Assembly: GCA_964564435.1 (NCBI GenBank)
Contig: CAZMAT010000002.1
Location: 140,002 to 204,001 of the forward strand
Origin: an uncultured bacterium
Lineage (GTDB): Bacteria > Fermentibacterota > Fermentibacteria > Fermentibacterales > Fermentibacteraceae
Direction of reading: 5' to 3'
Length of the DNA: 64,000 bases
The translations under genes were made by a program, and so were the position numbers. Below are positions 19,986-29,197 of this stretch, piece by piece; the stretch's first letter is position 1, and every line of letters begins with the position of its first letter. The notes under the pieces are model-generated. The model saw only the letters and a program-made list of their open reading frames with translations, ran no database searches and was not told the DNA's origin.

Positions 19986-21980
19986 CTGAAGCCGCTGCTC
20001 CTGCTGGCCCTGCCCCTGCTCCTGCTTCCCGGGGTCTCCCCTGCCTATGTCGGGCCGGGGGCCGGGTTCGGGGTTGCCACCTCCTTCCTTGCCGTGCTCA
20101 ACGCGGTCGCCCTCTCCATGCTCTCCCTGCTGATATGGCCGTTCGTGTCCGCCAGGAGGGCTCTGCTGAGGTCGCGGATACCGAACCGGCCCCTTGCGAA
20201 GCGCGTGGTGGTGCTCGGCCTCGACGGCCTCTCCCCTGCGATCGCGGCCAGGCTTGCCGCGGAGGGCAGGATGCCCCGCCTCGCCGCTCTCGCCGGCGCG
20301 GGAACCCTCGCGGAACTCGCCACGACCACTCCCGGCATATCCCCGGTGGCTTGGACCACCTTCCAGACCGGTGTCGACCCCGGGAAGCACGGCATCTTCG
20401 ACTTCCTGGCGCCCGACAGGGCCAGATACGCCCCTGTGCTGTCCTCCGTGGAGACGGTGCGCACCCGCCGGGGAAGGGACACGGTCCGGGGCCTCAGGGG
20501 CTCCAGGCCCTTCTGGGAGCTGCTCGGCGCCTTCGGACTCCGTTCGGTCGTGCTCAGGGTCCCCGTGACGTATCCCCCTGGTCCGCTGGACGGGTACCTC
20601 CTCAGCGGCATGTGCGTGCCCGACCTCCGGGGGACCCAGGGTCTCTACACGCTTTTCGGCGAACGTGAGGGAGAGCTCCCCGGCGGCATCGAGGCCGTTC
20701 TCTCCCCGACAGGCAGGCGGCGCTGGGGGGGGGTGCTGGAAGGCCCCCCGTCGGGCTACGGGCCGCTGGAGGTCCATCTGGCAGAGAAGTCGGGAAGGTG
20801 GTCGGCGCGGATCGGGACGGGTGCCCCTGTCCGGCTCGAGCCGGGAGTGCTCTCGGACTGGGTGAGGCTCTCGTATCGCAGCATCACCCGCGGGCCCTCG
20901 GCCAGGGGCGTGGCGAGGCTCTGCCTTACCGCCGGAGACGCCCCCGCGCTCTATGTCTCCGCCATCCACCCCGATCCCTGGTCTCCTCCGTTCCCGATAT
21001 CGTCCCCCGTGCTCTATTCGAGATACCTTGCCTCGACTACCCCGTCCGGCAGCTACGCGACCCTCGGGCTCGCCGAGGACACGTGGGCCCTGATGAACGG
21101 GGCGCTCTCCGAACGGCAGTTCCTGTCCCAGGCGTGGTCGATCTTCGAGGAGAGGCGCGGGATGCTCCGCGACGCCCTGCGCAGGGTGAGACGGGGGCTG
21201 GCGGTCTGCGTCTTCGACACGCCCGACAGGATACAGCACGTCTGCTGGGCCGCGGGCGACGGTCGCGGGACCCCGGTCGGCGACGCCTACGAGCGTATGG
21301 ACGCGCTCATAGGCGAGACCGTCGACGCACTGGGGCGCGACGACCTCCTGATAGTGATGTCCGACCACGGCTTCACGGCCTTCGACACCTGTCTGGACCT
21401 CAACAGGTTCCTTTTCGAGAACGGGTTCCTGGTGTTCCGCGAGGGGGTCACCCCTCCGCAGGAAGACCTGTCGGGGGTGGACTGGTCCCGGACGAAGGCC
21501 TACTCGCTCGGCCTGGCCGGGATCATGCTCAACATGAAGGGGCGCGAATCCCGGGGCATCGTGGATCCCGGAGAAGAGGCCGCCTCGGTCATGGATGGGA
21601 TCTCGGAGAGGCTCCTCGCGCTCGCGGCACCAGACGGCCGCAGACCGGTCAAATCTGTCGCCAGGGCCTCGGATGCCTATCGGGGCCCCTATGTCGTAAG
21701 GGCGCCCGACCTGGTTGTCGGGACACATGCGGGCTTCAGGTCGTCCTGGCACAGCGTGACCGGGGGCACGGGCCTGTCCGCCGTCCATCCCAACCCGTAC
21801 CGCTGGACGGGCGACCACTGCCATGACAGCTCCCTCGTCCCGGGAATCCTTGCCTCGAATGCAAGGCTGGCAGGCCCGGCGTCGATCCGCGACATCGCTC
21901 CCACCGTGATGAGGGCGCTGGGACTAGACGCGCCTCCGTACATGGACGGCAGACCGCTGCTGGGAGGGGATCCGCGATGA
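19986..21980 (+). CDS. alkaline-phosphatase-superfamily type I phosphodiesterase/nucleotide pyrophosphatase (membrane-anchored), proposed CTG start
   Basis: PF01663-like motifs: VVLGLDGLSP, TTPGISPVAWTTFQTGVDPGKHGIFDF, and MSDHGF. The N-terminus MKPLLLLALPLLLLPGVSPA plus a TM helix only arises if CTG 19986 (or GTG 19920) is used. A GAGGAGG RBS lies 5 nt upstream of the CTG. Confidence 0.7.
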   Translation: MKPLLLLALPLLLLPGVSPAYVGPGAGFGVATSFLAVLNAVALSMLSLLIWPFVSARRALLRSRIPNRPLAKRVVVLGLDGLSPAIAARLAAEGRMPRLAALAGAGTLAELATTTPGISPVAWTTFQTGVDPGKHGIFDFLAPDRARYAPVLSSVETVRTRRGRDTVRGLRGSRPFWELLGAFGLRSVVLRVPVTYPPGPLDGYLLSGMCVPDLRGTQGLYTLFGEREGELPGGIEAVLSPTGRRRWGGVLEGPPSGYGPLEVHLAEKSGRWSARIGTGAPVRLEPGVLSDWVRLSYRSITRGPSARGVARLCLTAGDAPALYVSAIHPDPWSPPFPISSPVLYSRYLASTTPSGSYATLGLAEDTWALMNGALSERQFLSQAWSIFEERRGMLRDALRRVRRGLAVCVFDTPDRIQHVCWAAGDGRGTPVGDAYERMDALIGETVDALGRDDLLIVMSDHGFTAFDTCLDLNRFLFENGFLVFREGVTPPQEDLSGVDWSRTKAYSLGLAGIMLNMKGRESRGIVDPGEEAASVMDGISERLLALAAPDGRRPVKSVARASDAYRGPYVVRAPDLVVGTHAGFRSSWHSVTGGTGLSAVHPNPYRWTGDHCHDSSLVPGILASNARLAGPASIRDIAPTVMRALGLDAPPYMDGRPLLGGDPR

Positions 21981-23935
21981 GGAGGAGGGAGTTCCTGCGA
22001 CTCGCCGCCCTGGCGCCGGCAGCCGCCCTGGCATTCTCGTGCGCGGGGAGGTTCCGCACGGGCCGTGCCCGCAGGGTGATCCTGATCGGAATCGACGGGA
22101 TGGACCCGGGGCTCGCCAGGTCGTACATGGATGCCGGGCTGATGCCCAACTGCTCGAGGCTCGCCCGGATGGGCTCGTTCTCCCCTTTGCGCACGGAATT
22201 CCCGCCACAGAGCCCGGTGGCATGGTCCAGCTTCATCACCGGAACTGGCCCCGAGAGCCACGGGATATTCGACTTCATACACCGCGACCCCGTGACTCTT
22301 GCTCCCTACCTCTCCACTTCGGCGGTCGAACCGGGAGGACGTGACCTGAGACTCGGCTCCCTCAGGCTCCCCCTCGAGGGGTCCGCCACAAGGCTCCTCC
22401 GGGCGGGCGACCCCTTCTGGAAGCACCTGCGCGGCGACGGCATGCCGGTGACGCTGATGAAGCTCCCCGTCGACTTCCCGCCCGTGTCGGCGCACGGTGC
22501 GAGGATACTCTGCGGCCTGGGGACCCCGGACGTCAGGGGCAGCCAGGGCAGCTTCACCTTCTTCACCGACAACCCCATGAGGATCAGCGACGACACCGCG
22601 GGAGGCCTGGTGATCGCCGTCAGGGCGGAGGACGGGCGTTACTCCTGCCCGCTCGACGGCCCTCCGGACGGCTTCAGGGATGGCTCCCCCCCCTGCAGGG
22701 CATGGATCACCGTCACGGCCGACCCGGCCTCCGACGGGGTGCTCGTCGATACCGGCACCGGCTCGGCGGTGCTCGGGAGGGGCGAATGGAGCGGCTGGGT
22801 GCCGGTGGAGTTCGGGATGCTCGGAGGGCTCTCGAAGGTGAGATCCATCGCCAGGTTCCATCTCCGGTCCGTCTCTCCGCACCTCGAGCTCTACGTGAGC
22901 CCTCTCAACATGGACCCGTCGCATCCCTCCCTCCCCATATGCTCGCCCCGCGGGTTCGCGCCCGATCTCGCCTTCTCCCTCGGCCCGTTCCACACCAAGG
23001 GCTTCCCCGAGGACACCAAGGCCCTCTCGCGGGGCGTGCTGGACGACATGTCCTATCTGGGCCAGGCCTGCGACCTCTACGACGAGCAGCTGTCCCTGAT
23101 GAGGGAGGGCCTGGGCGGGTTCGACGACGGGCTCTTCTTCTTCTACTTCAGCACCCTCGACCTCAACGTCCACATGTTCTACAGGGACGTCGACGGCCTC
23201 AGCCCTACGCACAACACGGTGATGGACGGGGCGAGGGGGATCGTGCCGAGGCTCTACTCGATGCTGGACGGAGCGGTGGGCGAGGCCATGGAGGCTATGG
23301 ACGGCGACACCATGCTGCTCGTCTTCTCCGACCACGGATTCTCGCCGTTCCGCAGGGGCTTCAACCTCAACTCCTGGCTGGCCGCGGAGGGATACGCGAG
23401 GCTCTTCGATCCGGTGGCGGCCCGCGGCGAGATGTTCGCCGGGACCGACTGGAGCTCGACCTCGGCCTACGGGCTCGGCATCAACAGCCTCTACCTGAAC
23501 CTGCGCGGGAGGGAGGAAGGCGGGTCCGTCGACCCGACCCAGGCAGCGGCCCTCCTCGACAGGATAGCCACCGGGCTGCTCTCCGCCGTCGATCCGGCGA
23601 CCGGGCTCCATCCCGTGAGCAGCGTCAGGATCCTGGGCGGGGGCAGAGTCGCAGGGCTGCCCGCCCACGCCCCCGACATGCTGGTCGGCTACGCATCCGG
23701 CTACAGGTCCTCCTGGGACACCTCCCTGGGAGGCTATTCCGAGGAAGTCATATCCGACAACACCGATCCATGGAGCGGCGACCACTGCATGGACCCGGAC
23801 GCAGTGCCCGGCGTCCTCCTCTCCAGCATGCCTCTTCCGGGGGCGTCACCGGCGCTGCGTGACATAGGCAGGACGGCCTGCGCATTCCTGGGATCCACCA
23901 CCCTGCCGCCGGGGAGGGACCTCGGGGATGGATAG
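21977..23935 (+). CDS. alkaline-phosphatase-superfamily type I phosphodiesterase/nucleotide pyrophosphatase, TAT-secreted paralog
   Basis: Twin-arginine signal MRRREFLRLAALAPAAALA. It has the same motifs as its upstream paralog (ILIGIDGMDPG, SDHGFSPF). The ATGA overlap with the previous gene indicates coupling. Confidence 0.75.
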   Translation: MRRREFLRLAALAPAAALAFSCAGRFRTGRARRVILIGIDGMDPGLARSYMDAGLMPNCSRLARMGSFSPLRTEFPPQSPVAWSSFITGTGPESHGIFDFIHRDPVTLAPYLSTSAVEPGGRDLRLGSLRLPLEGSATRLLRAGDPFWKHLRGDGMPVTLMKLPVDFPPVSAHGARILCGLGTPDVRGSQGSFTFFTDNPMRISDDTAGGLVIAVRAEDGRYSCPLDGPPDGFRDGSPPCRAWITVTADPASDGVLVDTGTGSAVLGRGEWSGWVPVEFGMLGGLSKVRSIARFHLRSVSPHLELYVSPLNMDPSHPSLPICSPRGFAPDLAFSLGPFHTKGFPEDTKALSRGVLDDMSYLGQACDLYDEQLSLMREGLGGFDDGLFFFYFSTLDLNVHMFYRDVDGLSPTHNTVMDGARGIVPRLYSMLDGAVGEAMEAMDGDTMLLVFSDHGFSPFRRGFNLNSWLAAEGYARLFDPVAARGEMFAGTDWSSTSAYGLGINSLYLNLRGREEGGSVDPTQAAALLDRIATGLLSAVDPATGLHPVSSVRILGGGRVAGLPAHAPDMLVGYASGYRSSWDTSLGGYSEEVISDNTDPWSGDHCMDPDAVPGVLLSSMPLPGASPALRDIGRTACAFLGSTTLPPGRDLGDG

Positions 23936-24731
23936 CATGGTCCCGGCCGCCTCCCGCCTCATTGCAGCCGTCCTCGACCCCGTGGCCGGCATCGCGGGGG
24001 GCGCCGGACCGATGGCGGGGATGGCGCTCTTTTCGGCTCCTGCCGGCGTTCTGATGGCCGAGGCCTTCCGCATGGCCTCGCCGCGGAACCTGGGCTCTCT
24101 TCTCAGATCGGCCCTCTCCAGGATGGCCGGCATGCTGCTCCATGTCGAGGATCCAGTCACTGTCGCGAGGCTGGCCCTCTCGTCGCTCTGGAGGACCGTT
24201 GTCCTCCTTCTCGCCCTGGTGCCCCCCGTGCTCCTCGCCTCTCTTCCGTTCTCCGCGGCCTACGGGCAGATCCGGGCCAGGTACGGCCTCGCCTTCCCGC
24301 GCGATGACGCTGTCGTGACGATCGGTTCCGATTCCGCGGTCGAAGTCGCGGGAGAGGGGGTCGTCCCTCCCGTGGTCAGGGGTGCATCCCCCGAGACCGC
24401 CTCGTTCAGGATCGCAGGCGGAGGCCGGGGAGCGGTGACGGTGGACGGCATCAGGATCGACACCGGTCCGGGAGAGCCCGGGATGCCGCTTGTCTCCCGC
24501 TTCACGACGGCCCGGACGCCATCCGCCCTGCTCGACCCCTCGATCCGCATCGTGGAGGGCTCGGCGCACCGCTTCGACGGCAGGATCGGCCTGGAGCAGG
24601 CCTCCTACGAGATGGCCGGCATCAGGGCCGGATGGCTCGCCTGGTATGTGATCTTCTCGAGCGTGGCAGCCACTGCATGGTTCGCGCTCGCGTCGGCGCT
24701 GAAGAGGGTGCGGACCCGTCAGGCCATGTAG
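23928..24731 (+). CDS. hypothetical membrane protein
   Basis: 267 aa with 2-3 TM segments. It overlaps the AlkP-2 stop by 8 nt. No recognisable domain. Confidence 0.4.
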   Translation: MDSMVPAASRLIAAVLDPVAGIAGGAGPMAGMALFSAPAGVLMAEAFRMASPRNLGSLLRSALSRMAGMLLHVEDPVTVARLALSSLWRTVVLLLALVPPVLLASLPFSAAYGQIRARYGLAFPRDDAVVTIGSDSAVEVAGEGVVPPVVRGASPETASFRIAGGGRGAVTVDGIRIDTGPGEPGMPLVSRFTTARTPSALLDPSIRIVEGSAHRFDGRIGLEQASYEMAGIRAGWLAWYVIFSSVAATAWFALASALKRVRTRQAM

Positions 24732-24940
24732 CCCAGCCCCTTGAGCCTGCGCTTCAGGTCCTCCTCGGACTCGCCTGCACCGGGGTCGAGCTTGTCGAGC
24801 TCGCGCGACACGACATGGAGCGCCAGTTCCTCCGGCGATGAGTAGCCGACCATTGCGGCGACCCTGGAGAGCCTCTCGGCCATTTCGTCGTCGAGCTTCA
24901 GCTTGAGCGTCTTCAAAGGAACCTCCCGCGACGGAATCAC
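24719..24940 (-). CDS. hypothetical small protein (73 aa), possibly RHH-like
   Basis: KTLKLKLDDEMAERLSRVAAMVGYSSPEELALHVV has a beta-alpha-alpha pattern. The C-terminal tail EEDLKRRLKGLGYMA resembles the tail of the upstream 125-aa protein. Confidence 0.4.
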   Translation of the reverse strand: MIPSREVPLKTLKLKLDDEMAERLSRVAAMVGYSSPEELALHVVSRELDKLDPGAGESEEDLKRRLKGLGYMA

Positions 24941-24945
24941 AAATC

Positions 24946-25323
24946 CTAGAGGTATCCGAGCCTGCGGAGCCTCTCCCTCACTGCATCCTCCTCGGCACCG
25001 GCGCGACCGGCCGGAGGTGGCACGATCCCGGCCAGCTCGAGCTTCCTGAGAAGGGAATCGAGCCGCTCGGCGTCGCCAATCTCGGCAAGGTCGGTCGACA
25101 CGACGCGAAAATCGTCCGTGGGTCCGAATCCGCCCAGGGAGGTGATCACCGTGACGCCGTGCCTGGCCAGGGCTGCGCAGACGGACGCATCCCGAAGCCC
25201 GTTCCCGCTCTGCGGGTGGACGACCTCCACGCCCGCTCCGCGCGAGGACAGCTCCGCTCCGAGCGCATCGAGCCTGGATACGTCGGAATCACCGCCTGCA
25301 ACCGATATGATCGTCCCCGTCAT
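24946..25323 (-). CDS. hypothetical protein (125 aa), translationally coupled to sat
   Basis: The ATGA overlap with the sat stop indicates coupling. The LGGFGPTDDF motif faintly resembles MogA/MoaB/CinA-type GGTGxxxxD. The C-terminal tail is EEDAVRERLRRLGYL. Confidence 0.45.
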   Translation of the reverse strand: MTGTIISVAGGDSDVSRLDALGAELSSRGAGVEVVHPQSGNGLRDASVCAALARHGVTVITSLGGFGPTDDFRVVSTDLAEIGDAERLDSLLRKLELAGIVPPPAGRAGAEEDAVRERLRRLGYL

Positions 25324-26504
25324 GCCCTGCTCCTTCCCGATGCCCATTCCACGAGGATCCTGGCTATCTCGGGCCTGGTGAACTCCGCCGGCGGGATCTC
25401 CCCCGCCGCCAGCATCTCCCTGACCCTGCGGCCCGAGAGCACCATATGCGCCTCGTCGGGATGGGGGCAGGTCTTGGTTGTGGCCATGCCGCCGCACGTC
25501 CGGCAGAAGAAGGAATGCTCGAAGCACAGGGGCGTGATGCCCAGCTCGCCGGGCTGGAAACGGCCGAAGATGAGCTGAGCGTCGTAGGTGCCGTAGTAGC
25601 TGCCCACGCCGGCATGGTCCCTGCCGACTATGAAGTGGGTGCAGCCGTAGTTCTTCCTGACGAGGGCATGGAAGACGGCCTCCCTCGGCCCGGCATACCT
25701 CATGGCCGCCGGGAACACGCTCATGACCGCCCTGCCCCTGGGGAAGTAGCCTGCGAGCAGCACTTCGTAGCATGCCATCCTGACATCGGCGGGGATGTCG
25801 TCGTCCTTGGTCGACCCTACGAGCGGGTGGAGCAGGAGGCCGTCGGCTATCTCCAGTGCGCTCTTCTGGATGTACTCGTGGGCCCGGTGCACGGGGTTGC
25901 GGGTCTGGAAGGCCACGATCGACTCCCACCCCAGTTCGCGGAAGAGAACGCGCGTCTCGGCCGGATCGAGCCTGTATCTGTGGAAGGGCTCGGAGGCCCT
26001 GTCCCTGATGCTCGTGACCCGGCCCCCCACATAGGTCCCCCCCAGCCCGAGGAGATAGGCCGCACCGGGATGCGCCGGGTCGGCCGTCGTAAGTGTCCTC
26101 TCGGCCTCCAGCCGCAGATCCGCGCTGAACGTGTCTTCCACCTCGATCACGCCCCTGACAGCACCCGACGGATCGTGAAGGCACATCCGGGCACCGGCGG
26201 CGGGCGCGTTCATGCCCTCCTTGAGGGACAGCGTGACCGGGAGGCTCCAGACGGGGCCCTGGGGGAGCCGCATCTCGTCGCGGACGAGCTCGTACTCCTC
26301 CCTGCGCATGAAGCCCTCGAGCGGGCTCATCGCGCCGGAACCTATCATCTCGAGATCGCAGGCCTCCCGTTCGTTGAGCGGGAATGAAGGCAGGGACGAG
26401 GCCTCCTCGAGGAGGCCCGGGTTGTCGGAGAGCTCGGCCTGCCTCTGTACGAGGCGGCCACCATGGGGCTGCGAGGGCATCCGGTACTCCTTCCGGTTCA
26501 TCAT
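25320..26504 (-). CDS. sat: sulfate adenylyltransferase (ATP sulfurylase)
   Basis: 394 aa. QTRNPVHRAHE and GRDHAGVG motifs are present. The N-terminal PUA-like domain and C-terminal catalytic domain align with homo-oligomeric ATP sulfurylases. Confidence 0.88.
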   Translation of the reverse strand: MMNRKEYRMPSQPHGGRLVQRQAELSDNPGLLEEASSLPSFPLNEREACDLEMIGSGAMSPLEGFMRREEYELVRDEMRLPQGPVWSLPVTLSLKEGMNAPAAGARMCLHDPSGAVRGVIEVEDTFSADLRLEAERTLTTADPAHPGAAYLLGLGGTYVGGRVTSIRDRASEPFHRYRLDPAETRVLFRELGWESIVAFQTRNPVHRAHEYIQKSALEIADGLLLHPLVGSTKDDDIPADVRMACYEVLLAGYFPRGRAVMSVFPAAMRYAGPREAVFHALVRKNYGCTHFIVGRDHAGVGSYYGTYDAQLIFGRFQPGELGITPLCFEHSFFCRTCGGMATTKTCPHPDEAHMVLSGRRVREMLAAGEIPPAEFTRPEIARILVEWASGRSRA

Positions 26505-26609
26505 GCGCGCCGGTCCGTGGCGGAGCGGCGTCTCCGAAGATAGGGTTTCCGCGGCCCGCTGTCTTGATGATAATAATGCCCGTGCGTCCCGTTTTCGGAT
26601 TGGAGAGCG

Positions 26610-27482
26610 ATGGATCCTGTTCTCAGGGTGGAGGGACTCTCGAAGAAGTACCCGAGGCAGAGCGGCCTCGGCAGCTTCCAGGCCGTGTCCGACGTGTCGT
26701 TCGAACTCGAGCCCGGCGGCATACTGGGCTTCCTGGGCCCCAACGGCGCCGGGAAGACCACTACGATGAAGTGCATCCTCGGCCTGCTGGCGCCGTCATC
26801 CGGCAGGATGGAGGTTTTCGGCCGTCCGCCCGCTTCCCCGCAAGCCAGGCGCAGGATGGGCTACATCCCCGAGAATCCCGACTACGAGGATTCCTTCACC
26901 CCCGAGGAATACCTATCGTTCTTCGCGTCGATGAGGCACATCCCGTGGAGCTGCGGCGACTCGGCCCGCATGCTCGGCAGGGTCGGCCTCGACAACTGGG
27001 GAAGGGCCAGGATACGCAGGCTCTCGAAGGGCATGAGGCAGAAGCTGAGCCTTGCTCTTGCCCTCCAGGGCTCCCCGGAGCTCCTGGTGATGGACGAGCC
27101 CACCGGGGGCTTCGATCCGCTGGCCCGGAAGGAGTTCAGGGACATTCTCCTCGAGGAGAACTCGAGGGGCGCCGCATGCTTCCTCTCCTCGCACATCCTC
27201 TCCGACATCGAGACGATATGCTCCCGGGCCCTGATACTCGCCGGCGGTCGGGTCGTCAGGGAGGGTTCGATGAGCGAGCTCCTCAGCTCGCAGAACAGGC
27301 ACAGGATCTCGTATCGGAAGCCGGGAGCCGGAGTCGCCGAGGAACTGGTCGATCTCCCGGACCTCCAGGCGGCGATAGACCGGATAAGGGCCTCCGGCGG
27401 GGAGATCGAGGAGGTGGGCAGGGAGATCCTGTCACTCGAGGAGGTCTTCCTCAGGGCGACTTCGGGTGGTGAGGAGCGTTGA
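26610..27482 (+). CDS. ABC transporter ATP-binding protein
   Basis: Walker A GPNGAGKTT, signature LSKGMRQKLSLA, Walker B LVMDEP. Confidence 0.85.
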   Translation: MDPVLRVEGLSKKYPRQSGLGSFQAVSDVSFELEPGGILGFLGPNGAGKTTTMKCILGLLAPSSGRMEVFGRPPASPQARRRMGYIPENPDYEDSFTPEEYLSFFASMRHIPWSCGDSARMLGRVGLDNWGRARIRRLSKGMRQKLSLALALQGSPELLVMDEPTGGFDPLARKEFRDILLEENSRGAACFLSSHILSDIETICSRALILAGGRVVREGSMSELLSSQNRHRISYRKPGAGVAEELVDLPDLQAAIDRIRASGGEIEEVGREILSLEEVFLRATSGGEER

Positions 27483-28234
27483 GCACCATCCGGGCCTTCG
27501 CGCTGATGACCCTGAAGGGGCTCACCAGGCGCCGCACCTTCTGGGGCATAGCCCTGGTCACTCTCATCGCCCTGGCCGGGATCGGCTCCATCCCCTCGTA
27601 CGACGTCGCCGGCGAGGGCAGGTTCATGATAGACATGGGCCTCTTCGGCATCGAGATCGGCTCGCTCCTGCTGGCCATAGGGCTGGCCTCCAACATGTTC
27701 CCGAGGGACAGAGAGACCCGCACCGTGATGCCTCTCCTGGCGGTGCCGCTCTCGAGAGCCCAGTACGTGCTGGGCAGATTCGCCGGAGCGGCTCTCGTCC
27801 AGACTGCGGCGGTGGTCGTGTGGTGCGCCTGCCTGGGCCTCATCCTGGGCCTGAACGGATACTATGTTCCCGAGGCCCTGCTGCCCGCCTCCCTGCTCCT
27901 GCTGGCGGAGGGCTGGTTCCTGCTGGCGGTCGTGCTCTTCTTCAGCTTCTGGACATCGCCTCCGCTCAACGCGCCGCTGACGCTACTCCTCTTCATCGTC
28001 TGCCAGATGACCCCCGCCCAGTTCACTGCCCTCCTGCCGGGCGCGGAGCGTGTCATGGAGGTCGTGAGGGTGCTGCTGCCGCGCATGGACGTGTTCCACA
28101 TCAAGGACCCCGTCGCACACAGGATACCTGTTCCGACCGCATACTTCCTGCTCGCCACGGTGTACGGGCTCGCCTACACATCCTTCATGCTGTCGCTGGC
28201 AATGGCAGTGTTCCGCAGGAGGGACCTCAAGTGA
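27479..28234 (+). CDS. ABC-2 type transporter permease
   Basis: 251 aa with 6 TM helices. 4-nt overlap with the ATPase gene. Confidence 0.7.
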   Translation: MSTIRAFALMTLKGLTRRRTFWGIALVTLIALAGIGSIPSYDVAGEGRFMIDMGLFGIEIGSLLLAIGLASNMFPRDRETRTVMPLLAVPLSRAQYVLGRFAGAALVQTAAVVVWCACLGLILGLNGYYVPEALLPASLLLLAEGWFLLAVVLFFSFWTSPPLNAPLTLLLFIVCQMTPAQFTALLPGAERVMEVVRVLLPRMDVFHIKDPVAHRIPVPTAYFLLATVYGLAYTSFMLSLAMAVFRRRDLK

Positions 28235-28256
28235 GGCTCACGCTGGAGATTCGCGC

Positions 28257-28544
28257 GTGACCGCCGGGCTCCTCGCCCTGATGCTCGTGCTGGGGCAGTC
28301 CCCTCCCGACGGGCACGACCACGGTGCCGAGGGCGCTCACGGATATGCCGCGATCGACTCCGCCGGCTTCGGCGCGGATCGCCACCTGCACCCGCCGGGC
28401 GAAGAAAACCATGGAACCGGGTGGTTCTTCAGCCAGCCCTGGGCCACGCCGGAGAGATGGCGCTTCATGGCCAGGGATTCCGTCGTGCTGGCCTCCGCGG
28501 CCGCCGGCATCCTGATGCTTTCCGGGCTCAGGAGGCGGAAGTGA
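28257..28544 (+). CDS. small His-rich secreted/membrane protein with C-terminal TM helix and RRRK tail
   Basis: GTG start. Signal-like N-terminus, then an HDHGAEGAHGY...HLHPPGEENHG His-rich region. The protein ends VVLASAAAGILMLSGLRRRK. Confidence 0.4.
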   Translation: MTAGLLALMLVLGQSPPDGHDHGAEGAHGYAAIDSAGFGADRHLHPPGEENHGTGWFFSQPWATPERWRFMARDSVVLASAAAGILMLSGLRRRK

Positions 28545-29197
28545 GGCGGCATGCACCACTTATAGCCGCCATCGTCTCCCTGGCCCTGGCTGCCGCCGCG
28601 GTCCAGCCGCTCGACGGGATCAGGCGCTGGAGCCCGTCAGGCACCATGGGTCCTGCGGAGACCGGTCTCGACCAGATCAGACTGATAGCGGCCGAGGTTC
28701 TCTACCTCCAGATGGACGACTACCATCACATAATGATGTACCAGGGATACGACTGGACGGCGATAGCCGACTATCTGCCGCAGATCTGGCTCATCGTGAG
28801 GCTGAAGCCGGACTTCTGGCAGGCATACGAGGACGGGGCCTATCACCTCGCGGTCAACCTCGGCATGCCCGAGGAGGGCATGAAGCTCCTCGAGCAGGGA
28901 CTGGAGAACTGCCCCGGGAACAGGCAGCTCCTCTGGCAGGACGTGGTGATCAGATGGCGGCTGGAGATAGGCACGGTCCGCGAGAGGCTCGCGGCATGCG
29001 CCCGTTACGCCGGCTCCCTGCGGAGAAACGGCCTGCCCGACCCGAGCCCGGCCGAGATGAGGAACGTGTCTCTCGTGGGTTCGTGGGTGTCCGAACACGG
29101 GCCGGGGCATGTCGACAGCCTGGCGTCCCGGCACTACTCCCGCAGGGCGGAGATCCTCGAATCGATCCTCTCGGCCTTTAGGCTCATCTCATCCTGA
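28541..29197 (+). CDS. hypothetical secreted protein
   Basis: The GTG start overlaps the previous stop (GTGA), with a GGAGG RBS upstream. Signal peptide MRRHAPLIAAIVSLALAAAAV. No known domain. Confidence 0.45.
   Translation: MRRHAPLIAAIVSLALAAAAVQPLDGIRRWSPSGTMGPAETGLDQIRLIAAEVLYLQMDDYHHIMMYQGYDWTAIADYLPQIWLIVRLKPDFWQAYEDGAYHLAVNLGMPEEGMKLLEQGLENCPGNRQLLWQDVVIRWRLEIGTVRERLAACARYAGSLRRNGLPDPSPAEMRNVSLVGSWVSEHGPGHVDSLASRHYSRRAEILESILSAFRLISS

Noticed and set aside
19566-21824. 752-aa minus-strand ORF
   Set aside because: Antisense shadow of the AlkP gene. Only its last 110 codons (19566-19898), with a lipobox signal peptide, look like a real gene.
17979-21980. 1333-aa plus-strand ORF
   Set aside because: Its 5' two-thirds is antisense to the well-supported activase/dehydratase fusion gene and is Arg/Gly/Pro-rich nonsense typical of high-GC shadow frames. 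Only the 3' part (from about 19986) encodes the real AlkP-family protein.
19986-23935. Idea that the AlkP-superfamily pair could be PglZ of a BREX defence system
   Set aside because: Motifs (GxDGxSP, TTPGISP...TG, SDHGF) and size (~650 aa) fit PF01663 nucleotide pyrophosphatase/phosphodiesterase, not PglZ. No BrxA/B/C/X or methyltransferase genes nearby.
24946-26184. 412-aa minus-strand ORF overlapping sat
   Set aside because: It is out of frame with sat (strong homology) over most of its length. Only the final 125 codons downstream of the sat stop are retained as a gene.
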